A DNA stretch of 64,000 bases from Eledone cirrhosa (taxonomy: Eukaryota), in contig OZ024740.1 in the NCBI GenBank assembly GCA_964016885.1, forward strand, positions 94,240,001-94,304,000. Direction: 5' to 3'. Both the position numbers and the translations under genes were made by a program. The notes under the pieces were generated by a model. It saw only the letters and a list, made by a program, of their open reading frames with translations, was not told the DNA's origin and did not search any database. Positions within the stretch are counted from its first letter, which is position 1, and each line of letters starts with the position of its first letter. Shown piece after piece: positions 14,264 to 27,099 of the stretch.

Positions 14264-14395
<132 letters not shown>

Positions 14396-14466
14396 CTGTT
14401 ATACTCTGCTATATATTGAGTACCTTCCTTACTGTGGTTACCTCCGATTGAACCAGAACTAACTTA

Positions 14467-14525
<59 letters not shown>

Positions 14526-14807
14526 TGCTGAAATATCCACTTTATAAATAAATGTATTGATGTTATACTGAAATAATCTCTTCAGCATTTTCTACTGAAA
14601 AAATCTTTTTCGTTTGCAGTTCTGTTTATACGCTCACACAAGAGCGAGAATGAAGGGTTCATTCTACTGACATGGCTTTAAAAATGAGGCTTTTTTGCAT
14701 AATTGCAAACGAATCGAATGTTATTATGAAATATGCGAAAACCTCAAATTACACACACACGAACACACACACACACAAACATATATATATATATATATAT
14801 ATACAGA

Positions 14808-16992
14808 CAGTGGTACCTAGACTTAGGAGTGTCCCAACTAACGAATGTTTCGAGGTATGAGCCTTCTCTCGGCCGATGTTTTTCTTTGAGTTGCGAGCTA
14901 AATGTCGGGTTACGAGCCAGCTTCAGATACCCCGCGGCTAGTTGGTTGAGTGAACGCCACAGTGAACACCGTAACATAAACCCAGCATCCCATAGTATGT
15001 GAGCGCAAAGAACAGTGCCGAGAAAAAAGAAGCGGATGATATCCTTGAATTAGAGAAAGATATTTTGGAAAAACATGGCCAATGTGTGCGTGTAGTAGCA
15101 GTACCAGCGTAGCAATTGTACGATCTGCACCATACTAAAGCAGAACGAGTATATAAAAGCTATGACGCCCGCCAAGGGTGTTAAAATAATATGTAAACAG
15201 CGTACATCTTTCCATGAAAATATGGAAAAATTGACGGACAAGATACAGTGACAGAGGCTAAAATCTGCGAGAAGGCACGCGCTATTTACGTTTATATGCT
15301 GGACTAGACCCCAGGAACTTCGACGCATAAGGTATCGGGCAAGCTGTTTAAAGTCAGTCGGTGCTTGTTCGTGAATTATAAAAAGAGGACAGGCATTCAC
15401 TCCGTTGTCAGGCATGGTAAGGCGGCTAGCGTGGATATGAAGGTAGCTGAGGATTACCTCAAAACTTTTCCCGGAATTGTAGTAGCCGAAGCATATATCC
15501 CCCATCAAATCTTCAACAGCGACGAGACTGGAATTTTTTGGAAGAAGATGCCAGGGAGAATTTGTATAACGGTAGAGGAGAAGGTGATGCCAGGACACAA
15601 ACCTATGAAGGATAGGCTAAACATCACACTGTGTTTCAATGCGAGTTGTGACTGCAATATTAAGCTGCTGCTCGTTTATCATTCGGAAAACCCCAGAGTG
15701 TTTAAGTCACATAGGATTCTGAAAGAAATACTGCAGGGCGTGGGACAGAAGGCAGTTCTTTTGTGGTGTGGGTGAATTTGGTCTTTGGTCCTGACATTAA
15801 GAAATATCTCCAGGAAAATAACGAGCCCTTCTCATCCTGGACAATAAAACTGCTCACCCACCTAACCACGAAGATGACATACTCGAAGAGTTTAAGTTTG
15901 TAAAGGTTCTCTACCTTCCACCTAACTTCACCCCTATCCTGAAGCCCACAGACCAGCAGGTGATTTCTAATTTCAAGAAGCTCTCCACCAGGCACCTGTT
16001 CCGCCGCTGTTTTGAGGTTACTCAGAACACAAACCTCACCCTTCGAGAGTTCTGGAAGGACTACTATAACATCATGATATACCTCATAATTATCGATATG
16101 GCCTGGCAAGGTGTTAAAAAGAGGACGTTGACCTCTGCCTGGAAGAAGCTGTTGTCTGAGGCTGTGTCTGAAACGGAATTTGAAAGACTCGAACCCGAAG
16201 CGGCAGTAGTGGAAGAGACTGTATCCCTCTGCAAGTCAATGAACCTGGACATTGATGAAGGTGACATCAACTAGCTCATCGGTGTGTAGTCCGTGGAACT
16301 GACAACGGAGGATCTAAAGGATCTACAGACGAAGCAGAACACGGAAGATTTGCAGGAAATAGGTGACACGGAGAAGGCGGGTGAGATTATCTCTATAAGT
16401 GACATAAAGGAAGTAGTGGGAATGTGGGAGAAACTTCCACACTTTATTCAAAAGAAACACCCAAAAATCTTTGCAACTGGGCATTCGACAGCGTTATTTA
16501 ATGACACTTGCCTAACTCATTTCAGAAACGTTCTGAACGGAAGGATGAAAGAAACCTCATTGGACATGTTTTTATCGAAAACCCCCGCAAATACAAGTGA
16601 TGAAAATGTGACGAAAAGAGCAAAAACCAGCGAATAAGATTCAGTTTTTTAGTGCAACTTTTCTCCTCCACCTCCATTAGCATGCTCAAATCGTCTGATC
16701 TCCAAGGTAAATGCTGTACATTAGCTTCATAAAACGAGTTAATTTCAGTACATTATATTGTATTGGTTTGTATACAATATTCATTATTTATAAGTATATT
16801 TTTCTAATTTAAAAACAGGTAACATAAAAAGAATATTGAGTTTTTATTTCGGGGATGGGAGTGGTTGTAGTGCAGAACGGATTAAGGACATTTTAATTCA
16901 TTTCAACGGGGAAAGCTGATTTGACATAAGAGTAATGTGCGTTACGATCTCTGCCCCGGAATAAATTAAACTCGTAAGTTAAGGTACTACTG
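14808..16992 (+). mobile_element. Tigger/pogo (Tc1-mariner superfamily) DNA transposon, degenerate
   Basis: TIRs CAGTGGTACCTAGACTTAGGAGT and its inverse CAGTAGTACCTTAACTTACGAGT (19/23 match), TA at right end; transposase fragments with HGKAAS, QIFNSDETGIFWKKMP, HKPMKDRL, and P-x-DQQVISNFK. Confidence 0.9.
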
Positions 16993-17517
16993 TATAAATA
17001 TATATATATATATAGTATTAGTTATACTATTTATGGTTATGTAAACACAAAACCTTAAGCAGTTGTAAGTATTTTACACACACCCTAAATAGTGGTAGGC
17101 AGTAATGTATTACTACCTTATTACCAGTAAGTTAAGTAGCTCAATGTAAAAACATCAGATGATTTACAGAGCAACCTAAATGTCTCCACCAACATACCTA
17201 GGGCTTTCTTCTCACTACTAGATAAAAACTTCCCTCTAGGACACAAGTACCACAACCTCTTAAACAAAAACACCATTAAAATCTCATACTCTACGACGCC
17301 TAACTTAGCATACCACATAGCTAGCAGCAATAATAGTAAAATTAGTTCTTACTTCCAACAAACAAAATCACAACGGGATGCAAACCCTCTAAATACCACT
17401 GTAGCAAGCAACAATAGCAACGGCAGTAACAATAGAAATAACACTAGTATAAGTAATAACACCAGGGTTGTCAACCCGAACACCCAAAATCCTATATCCA
17501 CCACACAGACTTCCGCA

Positions 17518-17982
17518 TTGCATTATAACCAGCGGACTAACGCACAGAATAATTGTAACTGTAGAGCTAATAGAACCTGCCCTTTAGATAAAAAATGCCT
17601 AACCAAGGATGTCATATACTCATGCACAGTCACGACTAATAACTCTTCAGAAACATATGTAGGCTCCACTTCTAACTGCTTCAAAATCAGATATAACTCG
17701 CACATCCACTCGTTCAAAAAGCACAGCCTAGCCAACTCCACCTCACTTTCTAGCTACATACACTATCTAAAATCTAAAAATAAACCATACACACTCAAAT
17801 GGGAAGTGATAGGCAGCGCGACCTCGTACAAACCACCTAATAAATTCTGTAACCTCTGTATACTAGAGACACACAATATTATCTTCTCCAACCGTAACCT
17901 ACTTAACAAAAAATCTGAGGTGTTTGCAACTTGCCAGCACCGCCTCAGACATTCCTTCCAAAACTTTAAGCCCTATATATAG
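17518..17982 (+). CDS. PLE GIY-YIG endonuclease domain (remnant)
   Basis: CNC..CP..CL, VIY..YVGST, RY..H, CNLC..E, CQH motifs. Confidence 0.85.
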   Translation: MHYNQRTNAQNNCNCRANRTCPLDKKCLTKDVIYSCTVTTNNSSETYVGSTSNCFKIRYNSHIHSFKKHSLANSTSLSSYIHYLKSKNKPYTLKWEVIGSATSYKPPNKFCNLCILETHNIIFSNRNLLNKKSEVFATCQHRLRHSFQNFKPYI

Positions 17983-19423
17983 CAATGTCGGACTGGAACC
18001 TAACACCACATCTAGCATCAAACACCAGAGACACACCCTATACTACATACCCAACACTAGCTGATCCATTATAACACAAACAACGACATCCCTCTGGAAC
18101 CCTTCGCAGGGAAAATACCCATTTATACCTCTACGGCAGGTGTGACAACATCCACCCACTTGGACGGCACTACACCGCTCTAGGGGTAATTTGAGCATGA
18201 ATTGATCGGTTGGATGGTGTTGGGCAGAGGAAACACCTTCCTTAGACAGATGTAAAATGATTTAATCGAGTAGCGCTGTTGACCAGTAGGACCGGGCTGC
18301 TGAGCGCAGTGAGTGAATGCAATGCAACTGCCGTGCGGGTTGTACGTATATGGATGATCTGACGGTCAGAGAGGGGTCGCGAGGACTGCGGATTGACCTT
18401 TGGCCTGCCTGGGGACGATTATCTTTCGACATCCAATGTAGCAAGCGATGACCCAGATCTTACCAGAGATCATTGGGTCCTGAAGCAATCCTGCAATCAC
18501 CGCGCCTGGTCATATGAGCAGACTACAACCACAGAGATCATTAATTTAGAATCCTCGCTCATCATCTATAATTTCCATTTGTAGCACCTTAAGATGGGTT
18601 AATCCACCTTAATAATAATATGATCACCTTCAGCATAATTTAGTTAAACTACTCTATAGTTAGTACACTTTATGCTTTAAAAGTCTCTCTTGGAAGGTGC
18701 ACCTCACCATAGAATTTAGGGTCTATATTGGGACACATTTTAATGGCTAGATATAGAAACCCCAGAGTTACCTCCTCGCATGCATTAACTCCCCTTAGCC
18801 ACACACACACTTCCGGTATTCAATGGCGTTTCTCGAAACGTAACAACCTCCTGTATCGAACTAAAGAACACCAGACTACGATCTCTAACTGGATTGTCGT
18901 GGATTATGTGAAAGGCATATAATCGAAATATACACTCCCTTGACCATGAAAATGCCGAAGTACATGAATTACTTGACATCCCTGCGCTGTGCATCTCCAA
19001 TACTTATAACACTTTTAATGCTTGCACTATCTTTAATGCTTATAATATTTCTCCACACACAGACTATATCAATCATATAAAGACTTTGCCACCAGATCTA
19101 CCAACCTAACACTCTTATTTACCTACCTAAGTGCCTCTACCACACATATCTCTCTGCCACACTATATAAACTAGACGCACATGCGTGCCACACATATAAC
19201 ATTTGCACTATATAACCACTTATCTTCATGTTGTACTTTAACCTATATCTTTGATTTTTGATTGTACCTATTAATATAAATGTAATCTCGAAGTGTGTAC
19301 TGCCACTCTAAATTCTGTAATGAATGTTGACCCACAATGTTTGAATATGTATCAATGTTTGAATATGTATTGGTATGTCTCTCGGCTGAAAAGGAGGTCA
19401 TATAACTGTCCATGCATTAATAA

Positions 19424-19476
19424 ATTGCTCCGAAGAATCCCAACCTCGGTTTGGAGGAAACAGCTGTAAGCACAAT
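19424..19476 (+). ncRNA. Minimal type I hammerhead-like motif (CCGAAGA core variant)
   Basis: TGCT-CCGAAGA-ATCC..GGAG-GAAA-CAGCTG-TA-AGCA. Confidence 0.6.
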
Positions 19477-19503
19477 AATGTTTTGAACAGTTCTTTGATT
19501 CTT

Positions 19504-19583
<80 letters not shown>

Positions 19584-20854
19584 GGTTTACTGGTGTTCTT
19601 ATTCAGACTAGTAAACAATAAATATGAATATAAGTTTTTTTCTCATAATTATTTCAAAATATCTATATTTTATTTAAAATAATGTCAAAATTGTAATGAT
19701 GATAGCATTGAGAAATGGAAATCTCTCAAACTTTAGTACATTAGTGTAAACAATATTCATTATGTAATGTTTACGTTAGTGTACAAATGAATAAATTGTT
19801 GCAACACACTCGCACACAAAACGCTCATATACATATACTAAGATAGACACACACACAGACATACATTCATGCAGATACACACATACATTTTCACCTTAAT
19901 TTGGTCTGCCGCTACATATGTGTAGATGTGTGTGTGTATTTAATACCGTACCCAATGAACGCGCGCACACACATTCACAGACAAATACATATTCATATAC
20001 AAAATGTGACGTTTTTGTGTTTTAATCCAAATGAAAATAAAAATTATTAAACATACACTCCCACACAAATACACTCACACACACATATACTCTCACATAC
20101 ACTCACACACACTCTCACATACAATCATATACATATACAAAAAAAGACAAACACTGACATACATTCAGGTAGACCTATCTATTATCACATACGTATCTGT
20201 AACTTTAGATGTGTGTGTGTGTTTAATTCTCTGGGGCTTAACGTTAAAATAAAAATTAGCACACATACACTCACTCACATACACTCTCACATACATATAC
20301 TAAGACATATACACACATACATACAATCACGCACACGTTTTACTTGTGTAGATGTGTGTGTATGTTTAATTCTCTGAGGCCTAACGTACGTAAGGAACTC
20401 GCAAACACACACATACTCACAGACACATACACACTCATATAATAAAGGTGACGTCGTCGTGGTTTACTCTAGTTCAGTATAGAAAGGATATTTTAGAGAA
20501 AATGTCATAGTGTTGTCATCCAAATGAAAAAAAAAATTAAATTCTGACACACCGGGTCTAATGCTATTACATTGTAAAATTTGATTTGGAAATAATCCAA
20601 GAGAGTTGTTGGAAAAATACATGGCCTTTAAAACCACGCGAGGGTAATTGTGTCCTGAAAGTTTAGTATACGCGCGATTTTCACTCACTCATTTTGCTTG
20701 TTCTTGTCAAACTGAATCTGACCGATTATTTGTCCCTGTACAAAATAAAAAAGTATAAAAAAACGACTCTCAAAAAAACAGAAATTTTATTTATATTGTT
20801 TTTCAAAATTGTTTTTTGATTTGGAGTAGTGCGCCCCGTGAAATCAGCACATTA

Positions 20855-20970
<116 letters not shown>

Positions 20971-20989
20971 AAGAAAGATAGAGAGAGAA

Positions 20990-21040
<51 letters not shown>

Positions 21041-21438
21041 TGTGTGCGTGTTTATGTATACAATCTTTTTTTCCCTACGAATCGAATTTAACATTAAATG
21101 TACACAATCTTTCCACCTGATTCTACTTTAGTATTGTTCAGAAATATATTGCAAAATATATGAAACGAAAATAATCATGAATGTGGTGAAATGTTCCAGT
21201 TAAGTTTACATTGACTTTCCTGAGGCTAGTTAGCATATAAGTTACTTAAATATTACACATATCGATTTTGCTACGTCTTATAAACATGAATTAAAACGAA
21301 TAACATATACATGCTGAAATCTAGTAGTAGTAAACGCTAATATTGGTGATGAACTAATAGTTCTCCTCATATGTGTGGAATATATACACACACTGAAACA
21401 CGGATACATACACACACACACATTCAGAGAAGTACACA

Positions 21439-21475
<37 letters not shown>

Positions 21476-21724
21476 TCTCAAAATATTCCAGTAAGCTAAA
21501 ACTGCAATTCAATATAGAATCGAACATAATACGTCAAACACTATACAAAACATTTCGGACGCAAAAGGAAAAATACAGTGAACTTAGAAAATAAAATATA
21601 ATTTTCAGCTGTACGTGTACTCATTTTTTTCAAAATGAACGTAAATATTCCAACGACGACTGTTTACGATGTACAAAAACAATTATCATATACAGACGCA
21701 TATATATAGATGTGTCCGTGTGTG

Positions 21725-21766
<42 letters not shown>

Positions 21767-21850
21767 TTTATATCGAGTTTAAGCGGGAGTAAGCACGGTA
21801 AGTAAGGTACTGAATACGTACCAGAGTATATCTGTATTTAATATATAGAA

Positions 21851-21949
21851 ATGGCTTTTACAGGACGAGAACTGTTTCATTCGGGAGAAATCATGAGACC
21901 TCCTGATGAATTCTCCCGAATGAACAGTTGCCAGTCCTGTAGGAGCCAT
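21851..21949. repeat. About 100-bp imperfect hairpin formed by two inverted degenerate hammerhead motifs
   Basis: ATGGCTTTTACAGGAC..AACTGTTTCATTCGGGAGAA / TTCTCCCGAATGAACAGTT..GTCCTGTAGGAGCCAT; CTGATGA at 21903. Confidence 0.6.
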
Positions 21950-21954
21950 CTCTC

Positions 21955-22042
<88 letters not shown>

Positions 22043-22079
22043 GGGAAAACATGAATGATTTGGTGCCTATAATATTTAA

Positions 22080-22180
<101 letters not shown>

Positions 22181-22459
22181 TATTTATATATATATATTCT
22201 AAAAAATTATAGTCACCGAAATCATTAATTTTTTTCCCCACATGAAATGAACAATTTCCGCTTCACCCAGTAATCTGATATTTGTGTTTTTCTACATCAA
22301 ATCATGAAATGCTAAAATTGATCTATGTAAGCTATTTGAAGAAGAACAAGATGAACATATTTTGAAGCTTCATCGCAAGAAGGGAAAGAGAACTATAAAA
22401 AAAATCATTATTAATAAACCTCAAATCAGTTTTAAATGCGTAATACAATTTAACGTTCT

Positions 22460-22546
22460 TAAAATAAAGTACCAATCACTGGGGTCGACTTAATCAACTT
22501 TCTTCTGCCCCAAAATTGCTGGTTTTGTGCCTATATAAGAAACCAG
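22460..22546 (+). mobile_element. SINE 3' fragment
   Basis: AAAATAAAGTACCAATCACTGGGGTCGACTTAATCAAC..CCCCAAAATTGCTGG..TTGTGCC, same family as 10945. Confidence 0.55.
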
Positions 22547-22547
22547 T

Positions 22548-22697
22548 CTTCTTCTTCTTCTTCTTCTTCTTCTTCTTCTTCTTCTTCTTCTTCTTCTTCT
22601 TCTTCTTCTTCTTCTTCTTCTTCTTCTTCTTCTTCTTCTTCTTCTTCTTCTTCTTCTTCTTCTTCTTCTTCTTCTTCTTCTTCTTTCTTCTTCTTCT
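22548..22697. repeat. (TTC)n trinucleotide microsatellite
   Basis: About 45 perfect units directly after the SINE 3' end. Confidence 0.95.
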
Positions 22698-23899
22698 ATT
22701 GATATTGTACCTGTGATATCTCAATTCGGAGAAGAAGTGACTCAACATGGAGCGACTCTCTGTTCTCAGAGCTACAGACTCTATCGAGTAACGTGACACC
22801 ACATGGCATTCAGAACAACCCTATTTCGGCTCTTTATATTAGCGATCTTATTATTTTGGTCAATACCCAAAATTAATAACAATAGATAGGTTTTGGCACG
22901 AATACTGAATTGAGGATAAAAGGTTTTGTTTTTATTCTTACTTAACTGCGTCTAATAACCAAATATCGACGTTGGCGCATCATTATACAAGCAATTCTTC
23001 CACTTAATCAAACCTCTTTATTTAAGCTGAATATCCAAAATAAGTGATTTAAAGTGATTTAAACTATGTTCAATCATATTTTGTTCAGAAATCTATCATG
23101 TATGTATATTCATGGAACGTACTGCATTTGCGATGAGAAGTCTGACGAGGGTATCAGGTATATAGTTTCGAATAATCTTCTTTCTCTAACACGTGTATAG
23201 CGAACGTTATAATATGCATAACCATTTCATTAATTTTGTCAATTTATGTTATAAATTTAGATAATATTTTGGAGAATATATATACGATGTTTTATCATAT
23301 CTTGTTTTCATTTTTCAAAATATAAAAATGCTTCTTATTCTACCCAGCTATCTTAGTTCTTTGCATCTTTCTGTTAGGCACGGATATGTTTGAACAACAT
23401 AGAGTAATCGTCGTACTGATAATGGTGCAAATATTTAAAAAGCATCTGCACTGTAGAGATGTCATGAACATTTAGTGATATCTAGACACCATGCACCGGA
23501 AGAAAAGCAGATATCGCCTTAGTACTTTAATTCCTATGGAATTAATCTCAGACGGATTACTTTGCCATTGAAATTTTAAAGATAATTAACTATTAGTAAT
23601 ATCATGTTCAAAGATAAACACATGAATACTAATGTCCTAACATTCTCTATTGAATAAAAAAAAACAGACTACAGACAGGAGTTAAGAGCTAAGATTTTGC
23701 CGACACTTATTGTTAATAACGACTCAAATAACGATCTGACGATAAAATTTGACACCACAATTGTTTCTCTAGGTATAGATGAAGATATTAATACATTTCA
23801 GGATAATTACATTTCATACGAATACTCAACATGCAAAAAAATTCATTTATTTTAAAATTCTGATCATTATAATTAACTGTATGTATTAATAGGTGATGC

Positions 23900-24196
23900 T
23901 CCAGAGAGCGCATGAGGTGGTGCAAAAACAGTATTTGGGAAGCTATCATGACCTACGAAGACCTGTTGGCCATCGTACAAGTAACGAAAATTGAGATAGT
24001 ATGGGCACGTGACAAGATATTCAAATACAAGGAGGACGGAAATGAGGCAGACAAAGATAGATATTGGAGGACAAGATTCCGGAATGGCAGACATGAGGCC
24101 GGGTGCAACCATGAGGAATGCGGAGAGGCTAGAAAAATGGAGGAATCTGGGTGCCAGGTCATCTGTGGCGCCACAAAGAACCACCAGGTTACGGAA
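23900..24196 (+). mobile_element. RTE LINE 3' fragment
   Basis: Frameshifted YEDLLAIV..RKLR.YGHVTR..RQR.RWED pattern of the RTE RT C-terminus. Confidence 0.6.
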
Positions 24197-24592
24197 CATA
24201 TATATGGATCGATACATTAATAGGAAACATTCTATTTTAGTGACATTTTTAAAACGAATCCAGAAAATGTACAATGAAATCAGCTTAGTATGATTTTGGT
24301 AGGAAAAAAGTGAGAGAATTCATAACAGGCGAATAGGGAATGTAGCAAACTGTATAATGCAGTGTGCAGATTTCGTCTATATCACACAAACTAAGTGACA
24401 AATAGTTTGTCAGCTGATACTCTTAAATATCGAGTTGACCGCTCTATCAAATACACTCTCTCATTTACTGTAACTCTCTTTGTGTGCATCGAAATTTACA
24501 CACACGTATATATATATATATATAAACATATATACCCAGACACATACATACACACACACACATACACACAAACACACACACACACACATGCA

Positions 24593-24648
<56 letters not shown>

Positions 24649-26246
24649 TATGTATATAATATCGATGTTTATAAATGTATATATAATGCAAAGTGAAATG
24701 AATCATTCTGAATCCTATATATACTATATCATGTCGCAAACTTAGGTTTTTATTGTCTTTCAGTCTTTCGCGCTATTAATTTGTTTTGGTTAACCCAATT
24801 TTCAGGGAAATATAAACTACTAGTCCAAACAAGATATGCCTGAATGTCTCACGAAAAAGTTTGAAGAAACTTATGTAATTAATAAAGGTTAGCTATATTT
24901 AGGATTACAATTATTTATCTAATTACTCTACTTGGGTAAATGATCTGTATAATGTTATGGAGCTTCTCGTAAATAGGACCATAGTATACTATAAATTAGA
25001 TTGGCTCAAAAGGATGTCGTTTTCTTTTGCGCTGCTTAAATCAGTTCAACCGATCTACTTAAATTATGTGGGTTGTAAAATCAAGCTATTTTGTTTTAAC
25101 AGTTTTGCCTCAGCGTTTGACATAGCTTGTCATAATAATTACTGTCATCAAAAGACGAGAAACATATTAGAGAATTTTACTGTTTGACAGTATATATTTA
25201 TTAATGGTTCTTTCGAACCCAGACGGATGAGGTAGGAAATCTATCTAGGAGTGTGATAAAAGTCAAACGTAAAGACACGTCTAGAAAATACGAGCCTCAT
25301 TTAAAATGCTGAACTGTTGTTTCCATCACAATATAAAAAATCGTATATGCAGTTCTTAAGTCAAGGAATAATTCCGTTAAACGGTAACGTATTTTTCGTA
25401 AAATAAACAACAATTTCCATACATTGACAGCAAGAAATATGCGTCTCTACAAAACGTATACAAGCTATAGCAAAACATTCTAATCTAATAGCTATATATA
25501 ATAAACATCCTCATGAGGAATAAGTTTAATTTATATTTTACTTCCCTCCAGCGATCATTGAATAAGTTAGCTGTAAACATACTCATATATTAATATTGCC
25601 ATTAAAGAAAGTCACTTGCGTTCAATGGTGAAGCAAAATATGATTTTTACAGCAGAATAAGTCAAACAAGATTATGATATAAATATACCAAAACTAAATA
25701 CAGTAGCGTAGAAAATAAGAATGCAAATGAAAAGTAAAGGGAAAAAATATGAAAAAGAATATCAACAAAGGATTAAAACATTGAAGGCTTAAAAAGCAAG
25801 AAATATTCATTGCAACATCTCAAAAGATTCATGAAAGAATTGATTATAGATTTCTTTCTTAGATCTTTCACTCAAATTTCTAAACATTGGATTGATTCTT
25901 TGTTTCTTAGAAACTAAGAACATTTTTTTTCTTTCCGGAAAGTTCTCTTCCCAGGAATTATTTCAACTTGTTGTTATATAGGAGAAATTACATTCTACAG
26001 CAAACAGTTATGTGTTCGTTTTATCTTATTTTCCGCCTTTCAATTTTTTCATACGCTGTTTATTTGATATATTTGAAATTACAAAACAGATTTTTGAAAA
26101 TATAATTCAATGGTATATCATGATAAATGTTATGATAGATCGAATTTGATAGGAAGCACACTCATACACACAGGGCGACACGTAGGTAAATGTATACACG
26201 CACACATACACAAAAAATACACACACTCACACACACACACACACAC

Positions 26247-26286
<40 letters not shown>

Positions 26287-26324
26287 ACACAAATACACAC
26301 ACACACACATATATATATATATAT

Positions 26325-26721
26325 TCTGTATATATAAAAGCGAGGATGTGTGTGTGTCCGTTGACAACTTTGGACAACTAACCCTTTTATAATTCCCAAC
26401 CGAATTTGACCAAATTGTCTGTGCACGTTGCACCTGTCGCTAAGATGGTCACATCACAATAAATATTCAAATTGATCCAGGTTGAGTAATACAAAATCGA
26501 TAGCAAATTTATTTTTTCTAAAGGGTCCTGTTCAGTGTTTTCCTTCATTATCAGCATAGTTTTATGCGTACAAAGATTGCACTAAATATTCGTTTGCATT
26601 AATTATTGAAGACTTCTGCTTTTTTGACAGGTTGGTGACATATAATTTTCTTCTTTTACTTACTAGCTGTATATACTTAGCATAATTTCAAATCCCGTGC
26701 AACGACGGGTAAATCTGCTAG
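26325..26721 (+). mobile_element. Non-autonomous Helitron
   Basis: 5' TC(TG)TATATATAAAAG; 3' GC-rich hairpin CCCGTGCAACGACGGG a few nt before terminal CTAG; inserted in TA repeats. Confidence 0.75.
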
Positions 26722-26811
26722 GATATATATAATGAATGTGAAGACTAAATTCCTTGCTGAAAATGTATTCTGTTCTTATAATATATATATATATATATAT
26801 AGTAACGACTG

Positions 26812-26911
<100 letters not shown>

Positions 26912-27099
26912 TTTATTTATAATCTTACGTGGGTCAAAGGCTCTACATGATGTTTCAAGGTCCATTTACACCATCTCACAAGATCGCAAGCACGATGAAC
27001 TGTGTGACCTATTTTTTGTTTACCAAATGTAGCATGGTACAGAGAATGAAATATTGTGAAGGAATTCAATATCAATTCAGCATTACTATGATGATTAAT

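Larger units (their letters stand above)
17130..19510 (+). mobile_element. 5'-truncated Penelope-like element (Naiad-like) with long 3' region
   Basis: NIPRAFFSLLDKNFPLGHKY..KISYSTTPN linker upstream of GIY-YIG ORF; hammerhead-like motif near 3' end; TA-repeat flanks. Confidence 0.8.

Noticed and set aside
17518-17982. Selenocysteine-encoding Naiad endonuclease
   Set aside because: No in-frame TGA at conserved Cys positions in this ORF, 44416-44643 or 60419-61135; no SECIS recognised
20465-20830. Possible MITE (TACTCTAGTTCA / TGATTTGGAGTA ends)
   Set aside because: Terminal match too short and imperfect; no TSD
23136-23182. CTGACGA hammerhead-like motif
   Set aside because: GAAA and stems II/III not supported
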